Origin: a bacterium
GTDB lineage: Bacteria; UBA8248; JACPRG01; G963555815
NCBI GenBank assembly: GCA_965261595.1
Contig: CBDHDG010000002.1
Coordinates: 289,550 to 353,549, forward strand
DNA: 64,000 nt
Direction of reading: 5' to 3'
Part shown: piece after piece, positions 48,444 to 57,311 of the stretch
Layout: every line of letters begins with the position of its first letter
How positions within the stretch are numbered: the stretch's first letter is position 1
Notes under the pieces: model-generated
Seen by the model: only the letters and a program-made list of their open reading frames with translations
What the model was told of the DNA's origin: nothing
The model's database searches: none
Position numbers and translations under genes: made by a program

Positions 48444-49316
48444 TCAGCGATTGAGGAATTGCTTCCAGTTTCTCCGCAGCGGCCGCAGCCAGATGTCCTT
48501 CTTCGGCTTGTCGTAGCGTTTGTGCCTGTCGTAGCGCCCACGTCCCTGGGTGGTTCCGACATGGATCCAGCCCGATGCCCTGTAGACGGCGCCAGTGTAT
48601 CGCGGTGTCTGGACGAAGGTCTCGATGAGCACGGGGGTGGTGTTGTAGCGCTCGGTCCAGTCCTCGGGCAGGCGCCGGCGGACGATGGCGAGGATGTGCG
48701 AGCCCAGGTTGGGGATCTTGATCCAGGGCAGGATGAGGAACCTCGGGTTGTCGACCACGAGGGAGAGGTTCTTCTCGCGCAGCTGCGGCGTCCATCCGAT
48801 GAAGCGGTCGCGCGGCGCGAGCTTCCACGCGGCGGTGCTGAAGCCGAGCATGGCGATGGGCCAACCGCTGCGGTCGTGGACGGCGTAGCGCATCTGTGCG
48901 CCGACCAGGGTTTTGTAGCCGAGATAGTGGTAGCGGGCGACGAACTCGTTCCACAGCCTGCCCTCGGGGGTGTCGCGCACGACGGTCCGCAGGTCGAGCG
49001 GGCGGACCTCCTCGAGGGTGGCCGGCGCCGGGATCAGCGGCCCTTCGGTGTCCGGTCCGAAGACGATCGGCCGGGCCCGGGGCCGTGGCCGCTTCGGCGG
49101 CGGGAGGGCGATCAGACCATCGTTGTGCATGGCCAGCATGGTAACCCGGGCCATCATGTCCTTGAGCCCGCCGTCGGGCTTGAGCCAGCCGATGCGCCGG
49201 CAGAACTCCTTCGACAGCGCATGGCGGTTCAGCGGCGGAGAGGCGGCGATCAGCGCGCGCAGCAGCCTCATCTCTTGCGTCGTGAAGTCACGGCCGTAAT
49301 AGCGGCACTCGGTCAT
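48444..49316 (-). CDS. DUF4338-domain protein (DruA-like domain) inside the IS66-like element
   Basis: LWNEFVARYHYLGY, GAQMRY, RDRFIGW, NPRFLILPW..IPNLGSHIL, LIETFV, GAVYRASGW..VGTTQGRGR; ATG overlaps the transposase stop (ATGA 49316-49313). Confidence 0.85.
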   Translation of the reverse strand: MTECRYYGRDFTTQEMRLLRALIAASPPLNRHALSKEFCRRIGWLKPDGGLKDMMARVTMLAMHNDGLIALPPPKRPRPRARPIVFGPDTEGPLIPAPATLEEVRPLDLRTVVRDTPEGRLWNEFVARYHYLGYKTLVGAQMRYAVHDRSGWPIAMLGFSTAAWKLAPRDRFIGWTPQLREKNLSLVVDNPRFLILPWIKIPNLGSHILAIVRRRLPEDWTERYNTTPVLIETFVQTPRYTGAVYRASGWIHVGTTQGRGRYDRHKRYDKPKKDIWLRPLRRNWKQFLNR

Positions 49317-51509
49317 GCCGCTCTTCCCGGCGCCATGAGGGCGCGCCTGCGTTCCCCGCTCATCGACCACGGCAGCCACGGCGAGAGGTCGTCCGGCGCC
49401 CGGCCGCCATTGTCCGCGCAGGCTCCCAGCCATGTCTCCAGCCAGCGGAGAAGGTCGATGCCGTTCGACGCGAGGGTGCCGAGGACCGAGTACATCATCG
49501 CCGTGAACCGGGCGCCGGTCTCGCTCACGGAGCCGAACGACAGCCGTCTCCCGATCACGGGTCCTCTCAGCGCGCGCTCGGCCGCGTTGTTGTCCACCGC
49601 ACCCGGGGCCGCTCGACGAAGACGGTCAAGCCCTCGCGATGGTTCAGCAGCGAGCGCAGCGCCTTGCCCTCGCGCGCCGCCCTCGGCAGGGCGGCCAGTT
49701 CCCGTCCGGCTTCCACGAACAGTCCGTCGAGCGCCTCTTCCAGCGCGGCCTGCGCCGTGGAGAACGCCGCGCTCTGCCGGTCGCGGCCGGGGTCGTAATG
49801 GACCAGACGCGCCTCGTTCAGCCGGTAGATCGCGGCGATCCGCTCGATCCATCTCCGGCACCACTGCGTTAGCCCTGCCTGGCCGGCGGCGCAGTGAATG
49901 AAGTCGCGGCGTTGATGCGCCCAGCACCAACACAGAATCACTGCACCACCGAGTTCGCGCGCCATTTTCTTGTAGGCGCTGTAGCGGTCGCAGACGATGA
50001 CCGTATGGTAGACGGCCGCGCCGAACAGCGTCTTCGCGACCTCCGCGCTGCGCGAGGGGTCGACGTGGAAGTAGACCGCGTCCTCGCTGACCGAGGTCCA
50101 CAGCCAAGCCCGGCTCGAGCGGCCCTCCTCGCGAAGCGACTGGACGCCCCAGGCGGTCTCGTCGCCGTGCCGCACCGCCGCCTCGTTCTGGCGCGCGAGG
50201 ATCGCCTCGGCCATCGGCTCGAACAGCGGTGCGAACCGGCGCGCGCTGCCGGCCAGCGTCCCTGGCGAGATCGGAAGCCCCTGGTCCGACAGCCAGGCGG
50301 CGACCCGGTTGAGCGGGCGGAAGCAGGCGTAGCGCTCGAACAGGAAGCGCGACCACACGCTGGTCCCGCAGGGCGTGCCTGCGAACAGGCGCGGCGCCGG
50401 GGGCGCCGACACTTCCATGAGCGAGGACGCGCAGTTGCATCTCCGGTGCCACCGGGGACGGACGATCCTGCGCCTATGGGCAGCGACCACGATCTCGACG
50501 AGGGTCGAGACACGGGCCCCGTTCACCACGTAGGGCTTCCCGCAACCGGCGCAAATGAGCATATCGGCCGGCGGGTTGCGTTCTTCCGTCCTCTCCTCGA
50601 GCGCGGGCCGCAGGGTGCGGCCATGACCGGCGGCGCCGGGATGCCGGCCGCGCCGGCGCTCCGAGCGCAGCCTCTCCTGCCGTTCGCTCCTGCGCCCGAA
50701 CAGCGCCTTCGACAGCACCGCCCCGGTCGCGCGAAGCTTCGCCAGCTGGACCTCCAGACCCGCTTGCCGGCTCGCCGACTTCCGCACCGCCTTGCGCAGC
50801 CGGGCGTTCTCTTTGGACTGGGACTTGATCGTGTTCTTCTGGCGCCGCGATCTCCTCAAGGCCTTGCGCAGTTCAGCGGCCTCGGACGTCTCCAGGACAA
50901 CTCGTAGCCGGTAGACCTCCTCGGACAGACACCGAACCGCGTCCGCCTGGTCGCGCAATCGCCTCAACTCGAATGGAGCCGAATGACCTCGCGGCCCTGC
51001 GACCCGATGGTCTCCTTGTGGGTCTCCGACGCCTGCGCCTCCCGGGCCAGCCGATCCTCCAGCCGGACGACCTGCCTGTCCCGCCGGCTGATCTCCTTGC
51101 GCAGCCGGGCGACCTTCCCTGACGGCGACGCACCCGCGCGGTCCCTGGCCGATTCGACGCCGGCTTCCGAAAGAAGCTTCTCCAGCCGCGCCACTTCCGC
51201 CTGTAAGGAAAGGGCGTCCTGCGCCGCGCGGCGGACTTCCTTCGTCTCCTCCACGGCCGCCTTCAGCTTGCTCCGGCAGGCGTCGAGCTGCCACTTCAGC
51301 GAACCCGCCCGGGCACGGGAATCCACATCGGCCCAGCCCAACTCTTCGCAGCGCGCCTCCGCCGCCTCCGCCCGCGCCCGCTCGAGATCGAACAGCGAAC
51401 GCCAGTCCGGTGCCCCGCATGAGGGCGTCTCAGCGCGAAGAGACCATGAGACATCCGGTTCCACGGCAAGGGAGAGGTCAGCCTGAACGGCGTCTGCGCG
51501 GTTCGTCAT
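49313..51509 (-). pseudogene. IS66 transposase (TnpC-like) with a long N-terminal coiled coil; two frameshifts
   Basis: LFGRRSE, CAGCG...CNC zinc finger, HGDET, WLW, CDRYSAY, CWAHQRR, DNNAAERALR. Frame changes near 50970-50975 and 49595-49602. Confidence 0.85.
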
Positions 51510-51619
51510 GCCCGCAAAAATACCACAAGTCGCGCCGTGTTACCAGCCCCTTGTCAGAACCTCGCCCGAAGTCCATGACGAACAAGCTGGACGTCATCAC
51601 CCCACGACTGAATGCTTAC

Positions 51620-51732
51620 GTCTCAAGAAAACGCAACACCGGTTCAACAGAGGTCTTGTCCTTGTCTCCATACCAAATTCCCTCCAGGCAGAATATGCCT
51701 TTCTTTTGATCTGCCCTTCTCCGCTTCACCAT
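51620..51732 (-). pseudogene. 5' fragment of a DUF6642-like gene cut by the IS66 end
   Basis: MVKRRRADQKKGIFCLEGIWYGDKDKTSVEPVLRFLE resembles, from memory, the IFCLExxW...SVxPxL N-terminus of DUF6642; the frame runs straight into the IR. Confidence 0.55.
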
Positions 51733-51889
51733 TACATCACTCTCCATCGTCGCGGGTAGAATTCCTGGACCATACGCCAATGTTACCGTCAGCCTTGCCA
51801 AGTAAACACACCCGGACGCAGCGGTGATCGTTCCCCATCAATCCCTTGTAACGGCGAACTGTCTTCGCAACCTTGTGGCCGTTCATCCC

Positions 51890-52633
51890 TCACACCTTCC
51901 TGACCACCCACAACACCTTGCCGAGGATGTGTACGTCCTGGGCGAGGCATGCGTAGGGGGCGTAGTCCGGGTTGGCGGAGATCAGCCTGAGCCGGGGCGG
52001 TTCGTCCCCGCCCTCCCCATGGCCTTGCACCCTCTCGACCTGCTTGACCACCAGCCCGTTGCCGTCCCACAGCACGAACGTCTCCCCCGTTGACGGCAGC
52101 CGGCGCGAGACATCCACCACGATCCGGTCGCCCTCGCGCATCTCCGGCTCCATGGAGTTGCCCCGCACCCGGAGGATGCGCACGTTCTCGGGCGCCGCGC
52201 CCCCCTCGTAGCGGATCATGTTCTCCGGCCAGTGCCACCGGGCCGTCTCGGAGACGAACCCCTCGGCGAGCGCTCCCGCCCCGGCCCCGGCCTCCACCGC
52301 GATCTCCGGGATGGCCGCCACAGGCGCGCCGGGAAGTCCGACCGGCGGCCGGGGCCGCCTGCGCTTCATGGGCCTGCGTTTGGGCACGGTCTCGTGGCGC
52401 AGCTCCCCGCCGGCGCAGCCGAGCAGGTCGGCCAACGCCTCGCTGTCCCGGTACCCGAGGACCGCGGGCACCCCCCGGTCCACATACTGCTGCAGATAGG
52501 TCTTGTTCCGGCCGATGGCCAGCGACGCGGCGGCGAGGGTGAGGTCGTTACGCCTGAGCAGGTCCTTCAGCCTGAGCCGTACCGGGTCCCGCCTAATCGT
52601 CTTCCTTTCGTCCTTATTTCCCTCTATATTCAT
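51890..52633 (-). CDS. CI/LexA-like repressor (N-terminal HTH plus S24 autopeptidase)
   Basis: LAAASLAIGRNKTYLQQY HTH; AGAG cleavage-site motif; RVRGNSMEP catalytic Ser; VVKQV catalytic Lys; LISANPDY. Confidence 0.9.
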   Translation of the reverse strand: MNIEGNKDERKTIRRDPVRLRLKDLLRRNDLTLAAASLAIGRNKTYLQQYVDRGVPAVLGYRDSEALADLLGCAGGELRHETVPKRRPMKRRRPRPPVGLPGAPVAAIPEIAVEAGAGAGALAEGFVSETARWHWPENMIRYEGGAAPENVRILRVRGNSMEPEMREGDRIVVDVSRRLPSTGETFVLWDGNGLVVKQVERVQGHGEGGDEPPRLRLISANPDYAPYACLAQDVHILGKVLWVVRKV

Positions 52634-52720
52634 CCTTTTCCTTCCACCTGCCGTCTCCCCGGTTTTTTGCCGCACCCCCGCGCATTCCACCGCTGGTGTG
52701 CTCAGGAATGTCAATCAACT

Positions 52721-52752
52721 ATAGGTTATACACTATTGATACCTATTATCAA
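52721..52752. promoter_or_regulatory. Candidate operators in the divergent CI/Cro intergenic region
   Basis: AT-rich patch with a 17-bp palindrome TTGATA-CCTAT-TATCAA (52736-52752) and ATAGGT-N14-ACCTAT (52721-52746). Confidence 0.5.
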
Positions 52753-52769
52753 GCGGGAACCTTCCCCTT

Positions 52770-53543
52770 ATGTTCTCACACATGATAACGCCCGGCACCC
52801 CCTCCGATATGCCTTTCGACGAGCGCCTGCGCCGGACCGTTGCGGCCTGGCGCGTACGCCACGGCATGAGCGCCCGGCGCTTCGGCCTGGAGGCCCTCGG
52901 GGACCCGGGTTTCGTGGCCTCCCAGATGCGGGGACGCTCGGTGCGGCTGGCGACGGCGGACCGGGTCCTGGTCTTCATGGGGCATCCGCCTCTGGGCCCT
53001 GTGTTCCGGCGCGAGGTCGAGGCGTTCCTGACCGTGACCGGGACCAAGCTCTCGGTATTGGGCCTGGAGGCTGTCGGCAATCCGTCCTTCATGGGAAGGC
53101 TGCGCCGGGGAGTGTCGCCGCGGCTGACCACGGTCGATCGGGTGCGCGCCTGGATGGCGGCCCAGGCCAGCGCGGAAGAGGCCCGAGCCATCCGCGCCGG
53201 GGTGACGGACGCAGCGAACCCATCCGCCGGGGCGATCCTGCCCGGTCCATCCACCGCTCCGGTCCCGCCTGCCGGGTCCGGGGCCGACCTCGAACGAGAA
53301 GGAGACACGCGCATGAACGACAACAACGGCAGGCATTACCTGAGCACACGGGAGGCGGCCGCATGGCTGGGCCTCTCGCCGAGGACGCTGGACCGCTACC
53401 GGGTGAGTGGCGCGGGACCGGTGTTCCACCGGTTCGGGTCCCGGGTGCGCTACCTGCTCGCCGATCTGGAGACCTGGGCCTCGGCGCGGCGGCGGATCTC
53501 GACCTCGGACGACGGCGAGGCCGGGCGGAGGACGGCGCGATGA
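52770..53543 (+). CDS. Tandem Cro-like HTH domains fused to a C-terminal excisionase/AlpA-like HTH
   Basis: Repeats GMSARRFGLEALGDPGFV..RGRSVRLATADRV and GTKLSVLGLEAVGNPSFM..RGVSPRLTTVDRV; then YLSTREAAAWLGLSPRTLDRYR..GP.F.RFGSRVRY with its own AAGGAG RBS and ATG at 53313. Start may be 52782 or 52809. Confidence 0.8.
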   Translation: MFSHMITPGTPSDMPFDERLRRTVAAWRVRHGMSARRFGLEALGDPGFVASQMRGRSVRLATADRVLVFMGHPPLGPVFRREVEAFLTVTGTKLSVLGLEAVGNPSFMGRLRRGVSPRLTTVDRVRAWMAAQASAEEARAIRAGVTDAANPSAGAILPGPSTAPVPPAGSGADLEREGDTRMNDNNGRHYLSTREAAAWLGLSPRTLDRYRVSGAGPVFHRFGSRVRYLLADLETWASARRRISTSDDGEAGRRTAR

Positions 53544-53872
53544 GAACACCTTCCTTTACCAGGAACGCCCTCAAAGCCGTCGTGGGCAGCGCGCATCGGG
53601 TTGCGGCTCCGGCGCTCGTGTTGACGCTGGTTAGCCTGGAGACGGCCTGGGCCTCGACGGACACGACCTTCTCGAGTCCGCTCGGCACGGTGACCGACAT
53701 CGTCTCGGGCACGGGCGGGCAGCTCGCGGCCGCGCTGGCGGTGGGCGCCGCGCTGGTCGGCTCGGTGCTGCGCTTCAACGCCACGCAGTTGATGGGCGCG
53801 GTCGGCGTGGGCATCGCGGCCGGGGCCGGCACGGGCATCGTCACCGGCCTTGTCGGCACGGCGATCGTATGA
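53540..53872 (+). CDS. traA: Conjugative pilin
   Basis: Leader ending AWA, two hydrophobic Gly/Ala segments, position immediately before traL; ATGA coupling. Confidence 0.7.
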   Translation: MRTPSFTRNALKAVVGSAHRVAAPALVLTLVSLETAWASTDTTFSSPLGTVTDIVSGTGGQLAAALAVGAALVGSVLRFNATQLMGAVGVGIAAGAGTGIVTGLVGTAIV

Positions 53873-53884
53873 GGGGGGCGGACG

Positions 53885-54178
53885 ATGAGCGATCCGGCCC
53901 GGCACGCGATCCCCTCGCGTCTGGACGATCCCGAGCGCTGGCTGTTCTGGACCCTGGACGAGGCGGCGGCGCTCCTGGGGCCTGCGGTCCTGGGGCTGGC
54001 CGCCAACGCCTTCGTGACCGGGCTGGTGGCCGGGCTCGGTGCCTGGGCCTTGCTGCGCCGGGCCAAGCGGGGCGGCGGCGCGGATGTGGCGATCTGCGCG
54101 CTCTACTGGTACCTGCCCGGCTTCACCCTGGGCCTCAAGGGCGCGCCCCCGAGTCATGTGCGCCGCTTCATCGGATGA
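53885..54178 (+). CDS. traL: F-type T4SS protein TraL
   Basis: IPSRLDDPERWLFWTLDE...LYWYLP...PPSHVRRFIG. Confidence 0.9.
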   Translation: MSDPARHAIPSRLDDPERWLFWTLDEAAALLGPAVLGLAANAFVTGLVAGLGAWALLRRAKRGGGADVAICALYWYLPGFTLGLKGAPPSHVRRFIG

Positions 54179-54188
54179 GGGGGCCTGG

Positions 54189-54746
54189 ATGAGACGGGAC
54201 GTCATGGAAGCGGAGCGGCGGCGGGTGCGCGACGGGCGTGCGGCCCTGGCCGGGCTCCTGGGCCTCTCGCTCCTGGCCAATCTGGGCCTGAGCGTCGGTC
54301 TGGCCTCGGTGGATCGCATGGCGGTGCTGATCCCGGCGGTCACGGGGCCTGCCTGGGAGGTCGGGAGCAGCCGGGCCGGGCTTCGCTACCTGGAGGACAT
54401 GGGACGGACCGTGGCGGTGACGCTGCTGACGCTGACGCCTGAGAACGCGGCGCACGTGCGGGAGGCGGCGGCGCGGCTGAGCCACGCCTCGGCCCGGGGC
54501 GCGATCGGGGTCTGGGTCGCGGCCGAGGCCGGTCGCATGGCGCGGCGGGACCTTGCGACCGCCTTCTATCCCGAGCGCATCGAGGCGGACGCGGAGAGGT
54601 TGACGGTCCTGGTGACCGGAGAGCTCGCGACCTGGATCGGGCGTGAGCCGGTCTCGCGCGAGCGCAAGCGGTACCGGCTGGCCTTCCGCGTGGATGCCGG
54701 CCGGATCGGCCTGGTGCGTTTCGAAGAACTGGAGGACCGAGAATGA
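54189..54746 (+). CDS. traE: F-type T4SS protein TraE
   Basis: N-terminal TM, VLIP, YLEDM, LTLTPEN, TAFYP, VTGELATWIG; gene order. Confidence 0.85.
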   Translation: MRRDVMEAERRRVRDGRAALAGLLGLSLLANLGLSVGLASVDRMAVLIPAVTGPAWEVGSSRAGLRYLEDMGRTVAVTLLTLTPENAAHVREAAARLSHASARGAIGVWVAAEAGRMARRDLATAFYPERIEADAERLTVLVTGELATWIGREPVSRERKRYRLAFRVDAGRIGLVRFEELEDRE

Positions 54747-55498
54747 AACATGCGACGAGAATCCGGGTGTCCGTGGCGGCGCTTCTTTTGGGAACGCTTT
54801 TCCACTGCATGCCGGCCTCGGCCATGCAGATCCTGGATGCCGTGGACCACGCGGAGCTGGAAGCGGAGGTCTCGGACCGTGCGGTGAGCCGCATCGCCCT
54901 GGCGAACGACCGGATCGCGCGGGTGATCCGCGGACCGGACGGCTTCCAGGTCGAGCACGACCCTGCGCGCGGCGACATTTACCTGCGACCCGCGGGCCTC
55001 ACCGGCGTCCGCGTTGCCCGTGGCGCCCCCCGGGAGCCGGTGACGCTCTTCATCGGGACCGTCGCGGGCTTCACCTACCGGCTGGCGTTGACGGTGGCCT
55101 CGCGCGGCTCGGCCCAGATCCTGATCCGCAACGCGGCCGCACTGACCAAAACGGACGTCCAAGGGCCGGGCGATCGGCGCGTGGGCGCGCTGGTGGCGCT
55201 GGTCCGGGCGGTGGCGCGGCGCGAGACCCTGCCGGGCTACGCGATCGAGACGCCTTCAGGAACGTTCTACAAGGAAGGTCTTTCAGTCATCGAGATCTGG
55301 CGGGGGCCCCGGTTCACCGCCCGCGTGCTGGAAGCGGGCCCCGGCGCGGGAGCCGGCGCCGAGGCCCTGGCGGGCCGTCTCGCGCCGGGCGCGGCCGCGA
55401 TCTGGCTGGCGGCGCCGGGGACCGGCCCATCGGGCGGGCGGCTCGTCGTGGCCGTACATGACGCCTTCCGGACCCGTTCCACGGAGGCGGCGCCATGA
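54743..55498 (+). CDS. traK: F-type T4SS secretin-like TraK
   Basis: Signal peptide, SRIAL..DRI, GDIYLRP, TLFIGT..GFTYRL; gene order. Confidence 0.85.
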   Translation: MKHATRIRVSVAALLLGTLFHCMPASAMQILDAVDHAELEAEVSDRAVSRIALANDRIARVIRGPDGFQVEHDPARGDIYLRPAGLTGVRVARGAPREPVTLFIGTVAGFTYRLALTVASRGSAQILIRNAAALTKTDVQGPGDRRVGALVALVRAVARRETLPGYAIETPSGTFYKEGLSVIEIWRGPRFTARVLEAGPGAGAGAEALAGRLAPGAAAIWLAAPGTGPSGGRLVVAVHDAFRTRSTEAAP

Positions 55499-56748
55499 GC
55501 GGCCCGGACAAGGTCCCCATGGATCCGGAGGCCCGGCGCACCCGTCAGCAACAGGTGCTGCTCTTCTCGGGCGTGGCCGCGGCATTGCTGATCGTGTTCG
55601 CGGTGTGGTTCTCGGCGGGCGGAGGCGGAGGCTCGCCCCCGCCGACCGGGATCGAGGCGAAGCTGGCCGGTCCGGAGACGGCGGAGGTGAGCTGGGTGCG
55701 CCGCTCGGAGGCGCGGATCGGCGAACTGGAGACGCGGCTCCGGGACATGGAGACGCGAAGCCGGCGGGCCGGGCAGGAGAACGCCAAGCTCAGAGAGCGC
55801 CTCGCGCGCGGCGCCGAGGACGGCCGGGCGGTGATCGACCAACAGGCGGCGGCCATCGAGGAACTGCGCGGCCGGCTCGAAGCCCGGACGGCAGGACCGG
55901 GTCCGGAGGACCGGACCGCCCCGGGCACGGACGGTTTTACCCGTGCGGTTTCGAGCCAACCTGCTCCCGGCAAGAGAGCCCCCGCGGCCTCGGATGCCGC
56001 ACCGGCCGTACCGATGATCCAGGAGTTCGAGAATGATGCGGATCCGGCGGGGGACAAGAACGCCGCTGATCCGGGACCCCGTTCGCTGGGGTCCTGGCTG
56101 CCGGCGGGGTCCTATGCGGACGCCGTGGTGCTGGCCGGCGCGGACGCCTCGGCGGGCGTCGCCTCCCAGGGCGAGCCGCGCCCGGTGCTCCTGCGGCTGA
56201 CCGGTCCGGCCCGGAGCGCGGCCGAGGGCGGCGAAGCGCTCGAAGTGGACGTGGCGGGGTGCACCCTGACCGGCGCCGGCTACGGGGACCTCTCCTCGGA
56301 GAAGGTCTACGTCCGGCTGCGGACCCTGACGTGCGCCGGGCCGGATCCGGAAACCGTGACCGAGACGCAGGTCGCGGGCTTCGTGGCCGGGAGCGGCAAG
56401 GTGGGCGTTCGGGGCCCGGTGGTGAGCCGCGAGGGGGCCCTGATCGAGAAGGCGTTCCTCGCGGGCCTCATCTCGGGCGTGGGCGAAACGGCCGCCAACC
56501 TGCTTCAGGCCCCGGCCAGGACAACCTCGGACGGAGCCTTGAACGTATCGAGCCTAGCCGAGCTCGGCCGGGCCGGTCTTGGCGCGGGCGCGGGCTCGGC
56601 CGGCCGCAGGGTGGCCGACTACCTGATCCGCCGGGCCGAGCAGTACCAGCCGGTGATCCAGCTCCAGACGGGAACGCGGGTGACGGTGGTGTTCATCGAG
56701 GGCGCCTGGCTCGACGGGCGCAAGGACAGGAAGAGAGGAGGCCAATGA
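55495..56748 (+). CDS. traB: F-type T4SS TraB (VirB10-like)
   Basis: TM, coiled coil, WLPAGS, GADA, GDLSSEKVYVR, GKVGVRGPVVSREG, YLIRRAEQYQPVI. Confidence 0.92.
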   Translation: MSGPDKVPMDPEARRTRQQQVLLFSGVAAALLIVFAVWFSAGGGGGSPPPTGIEAKLAGPETAEVSWVRRSEARIGELETRLRDMETRSRRAGQENAKLRERLARGAEDGRAVIDQQAAAIEELRGRLEARTAGPGPEDRTAPGTDGFTRAVSSQPAPGKRAPAASDAAPAVPMIQEFENDADPAGDKNAADPGPRSLGSWLPAGSYADAVVLAGADASAGVASQGEPRPVLLRLTGPARSAAEGGEALEVDVAGCTLTGAGYGDLSSEKVYVRLRTLTCAGPDPETVTETQVAGFVAGSGKVGVRGPVVSREGALIEKAFLAGLISGVGETAANLLQAPARTTSDGALNVSSLAELGRAGLGAGAGSAGRRVADYLIRRAEQYQPVIQLQTGTRVTVVFIEGAWLDGRKDRKRGGQ

Positions 56749-57311
56749 GAGCGCAATCGACGATTCATCCACGAATCGGACAAAGCCGGGCGGTGATCCC
56801 CGCGATCCTCGCGGCGGCGCTGGTCCTGGGCGGCTGCGCGGCGACCCACGTGGGCGACGCCTGGCAATGCCCCCTGGCCCAAGGCGCGGCCTGCACGAGC
56901 GTCGCGGAGGCCGATCCGGCGGTCGCGGCCCCCGGCAAGGCGCAAGGGCTCGCGATCCGGACACCCCTCTACCAATCCAAGACCGGTAATGCCAAAGGGA
57001 CCGGCACATCCTGCGCCGAAGGCTGCGATCCGCTCGCCTGGCTCGCGAAGTGGTTCCGGACCGTCGGGGACCGAGACGGCACCGCAGAGAAGTCCACGGA
57101 GACAGGGCGTCCTCCTACCGCCGCGGCCCCTGCCGAACCGGAACCCGTTTCGCCGGACGAAGGATCCCCGGATGAGGCCAATGACCGCCTGCGCACGAAA
57201 GAGAGCATCGCGCGGATCTGGATCGCGCCCTTCGTGGACGCCGACGGGGTCTACCGCGAGGCCCACTGGGTGCGCGCGGTGCTGGAGCCGGCGCGCTGGA
57301 GGCTGCCGTGA
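56745..57311 (+). CDS. traV: F-type T4SS lipoprotein TraV
   Basis: Lipobox LGGC, WQC...GAAC, RIWIAPFVDADG. Confidence 0.88.
   Translation: MRAQSTIHPRIGQSRAVIPAILAAALVLGGCAATHVGDAWQCPLAQGAACTSVAEADPAVAAPGKAQGLAIRTPLYQSKTGNAKGTGTSCAEGCDPLAWLAKWFRTVGDRDGTAEKSTETGRPPTAAAPAEPEPVSPDEGSPDEANDRLRTKESIARIWIAPFVDADGVYREAHWVRAVLEPARWRLP

Larger units (their letters stand above)
48411..51619 (-). mobile_element. IS66-family-like element (3209 bp) with a passenger gene
   Basis: Perfect 25-bp terminal IRs GTAAGCATTCAGTCGTGGGGTGATG (48411-48435 / 51595-51619) with IS66-type GTAA ends. Flanks CCCTGTCG and GTCTCAAG are not duplicated. Confidence 0.9.

Noticed and set aside
48444..49316. Complete Druantia defence system
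   Set aside because: Only a DUF4338 gene is present, inside an IS; there is no DruE helicase or other dru gene.
51890..53543. Prophage
   Set aside because: The CI/Cro-like genes are followed by conjugation genes, with no phage structural or replication genes.
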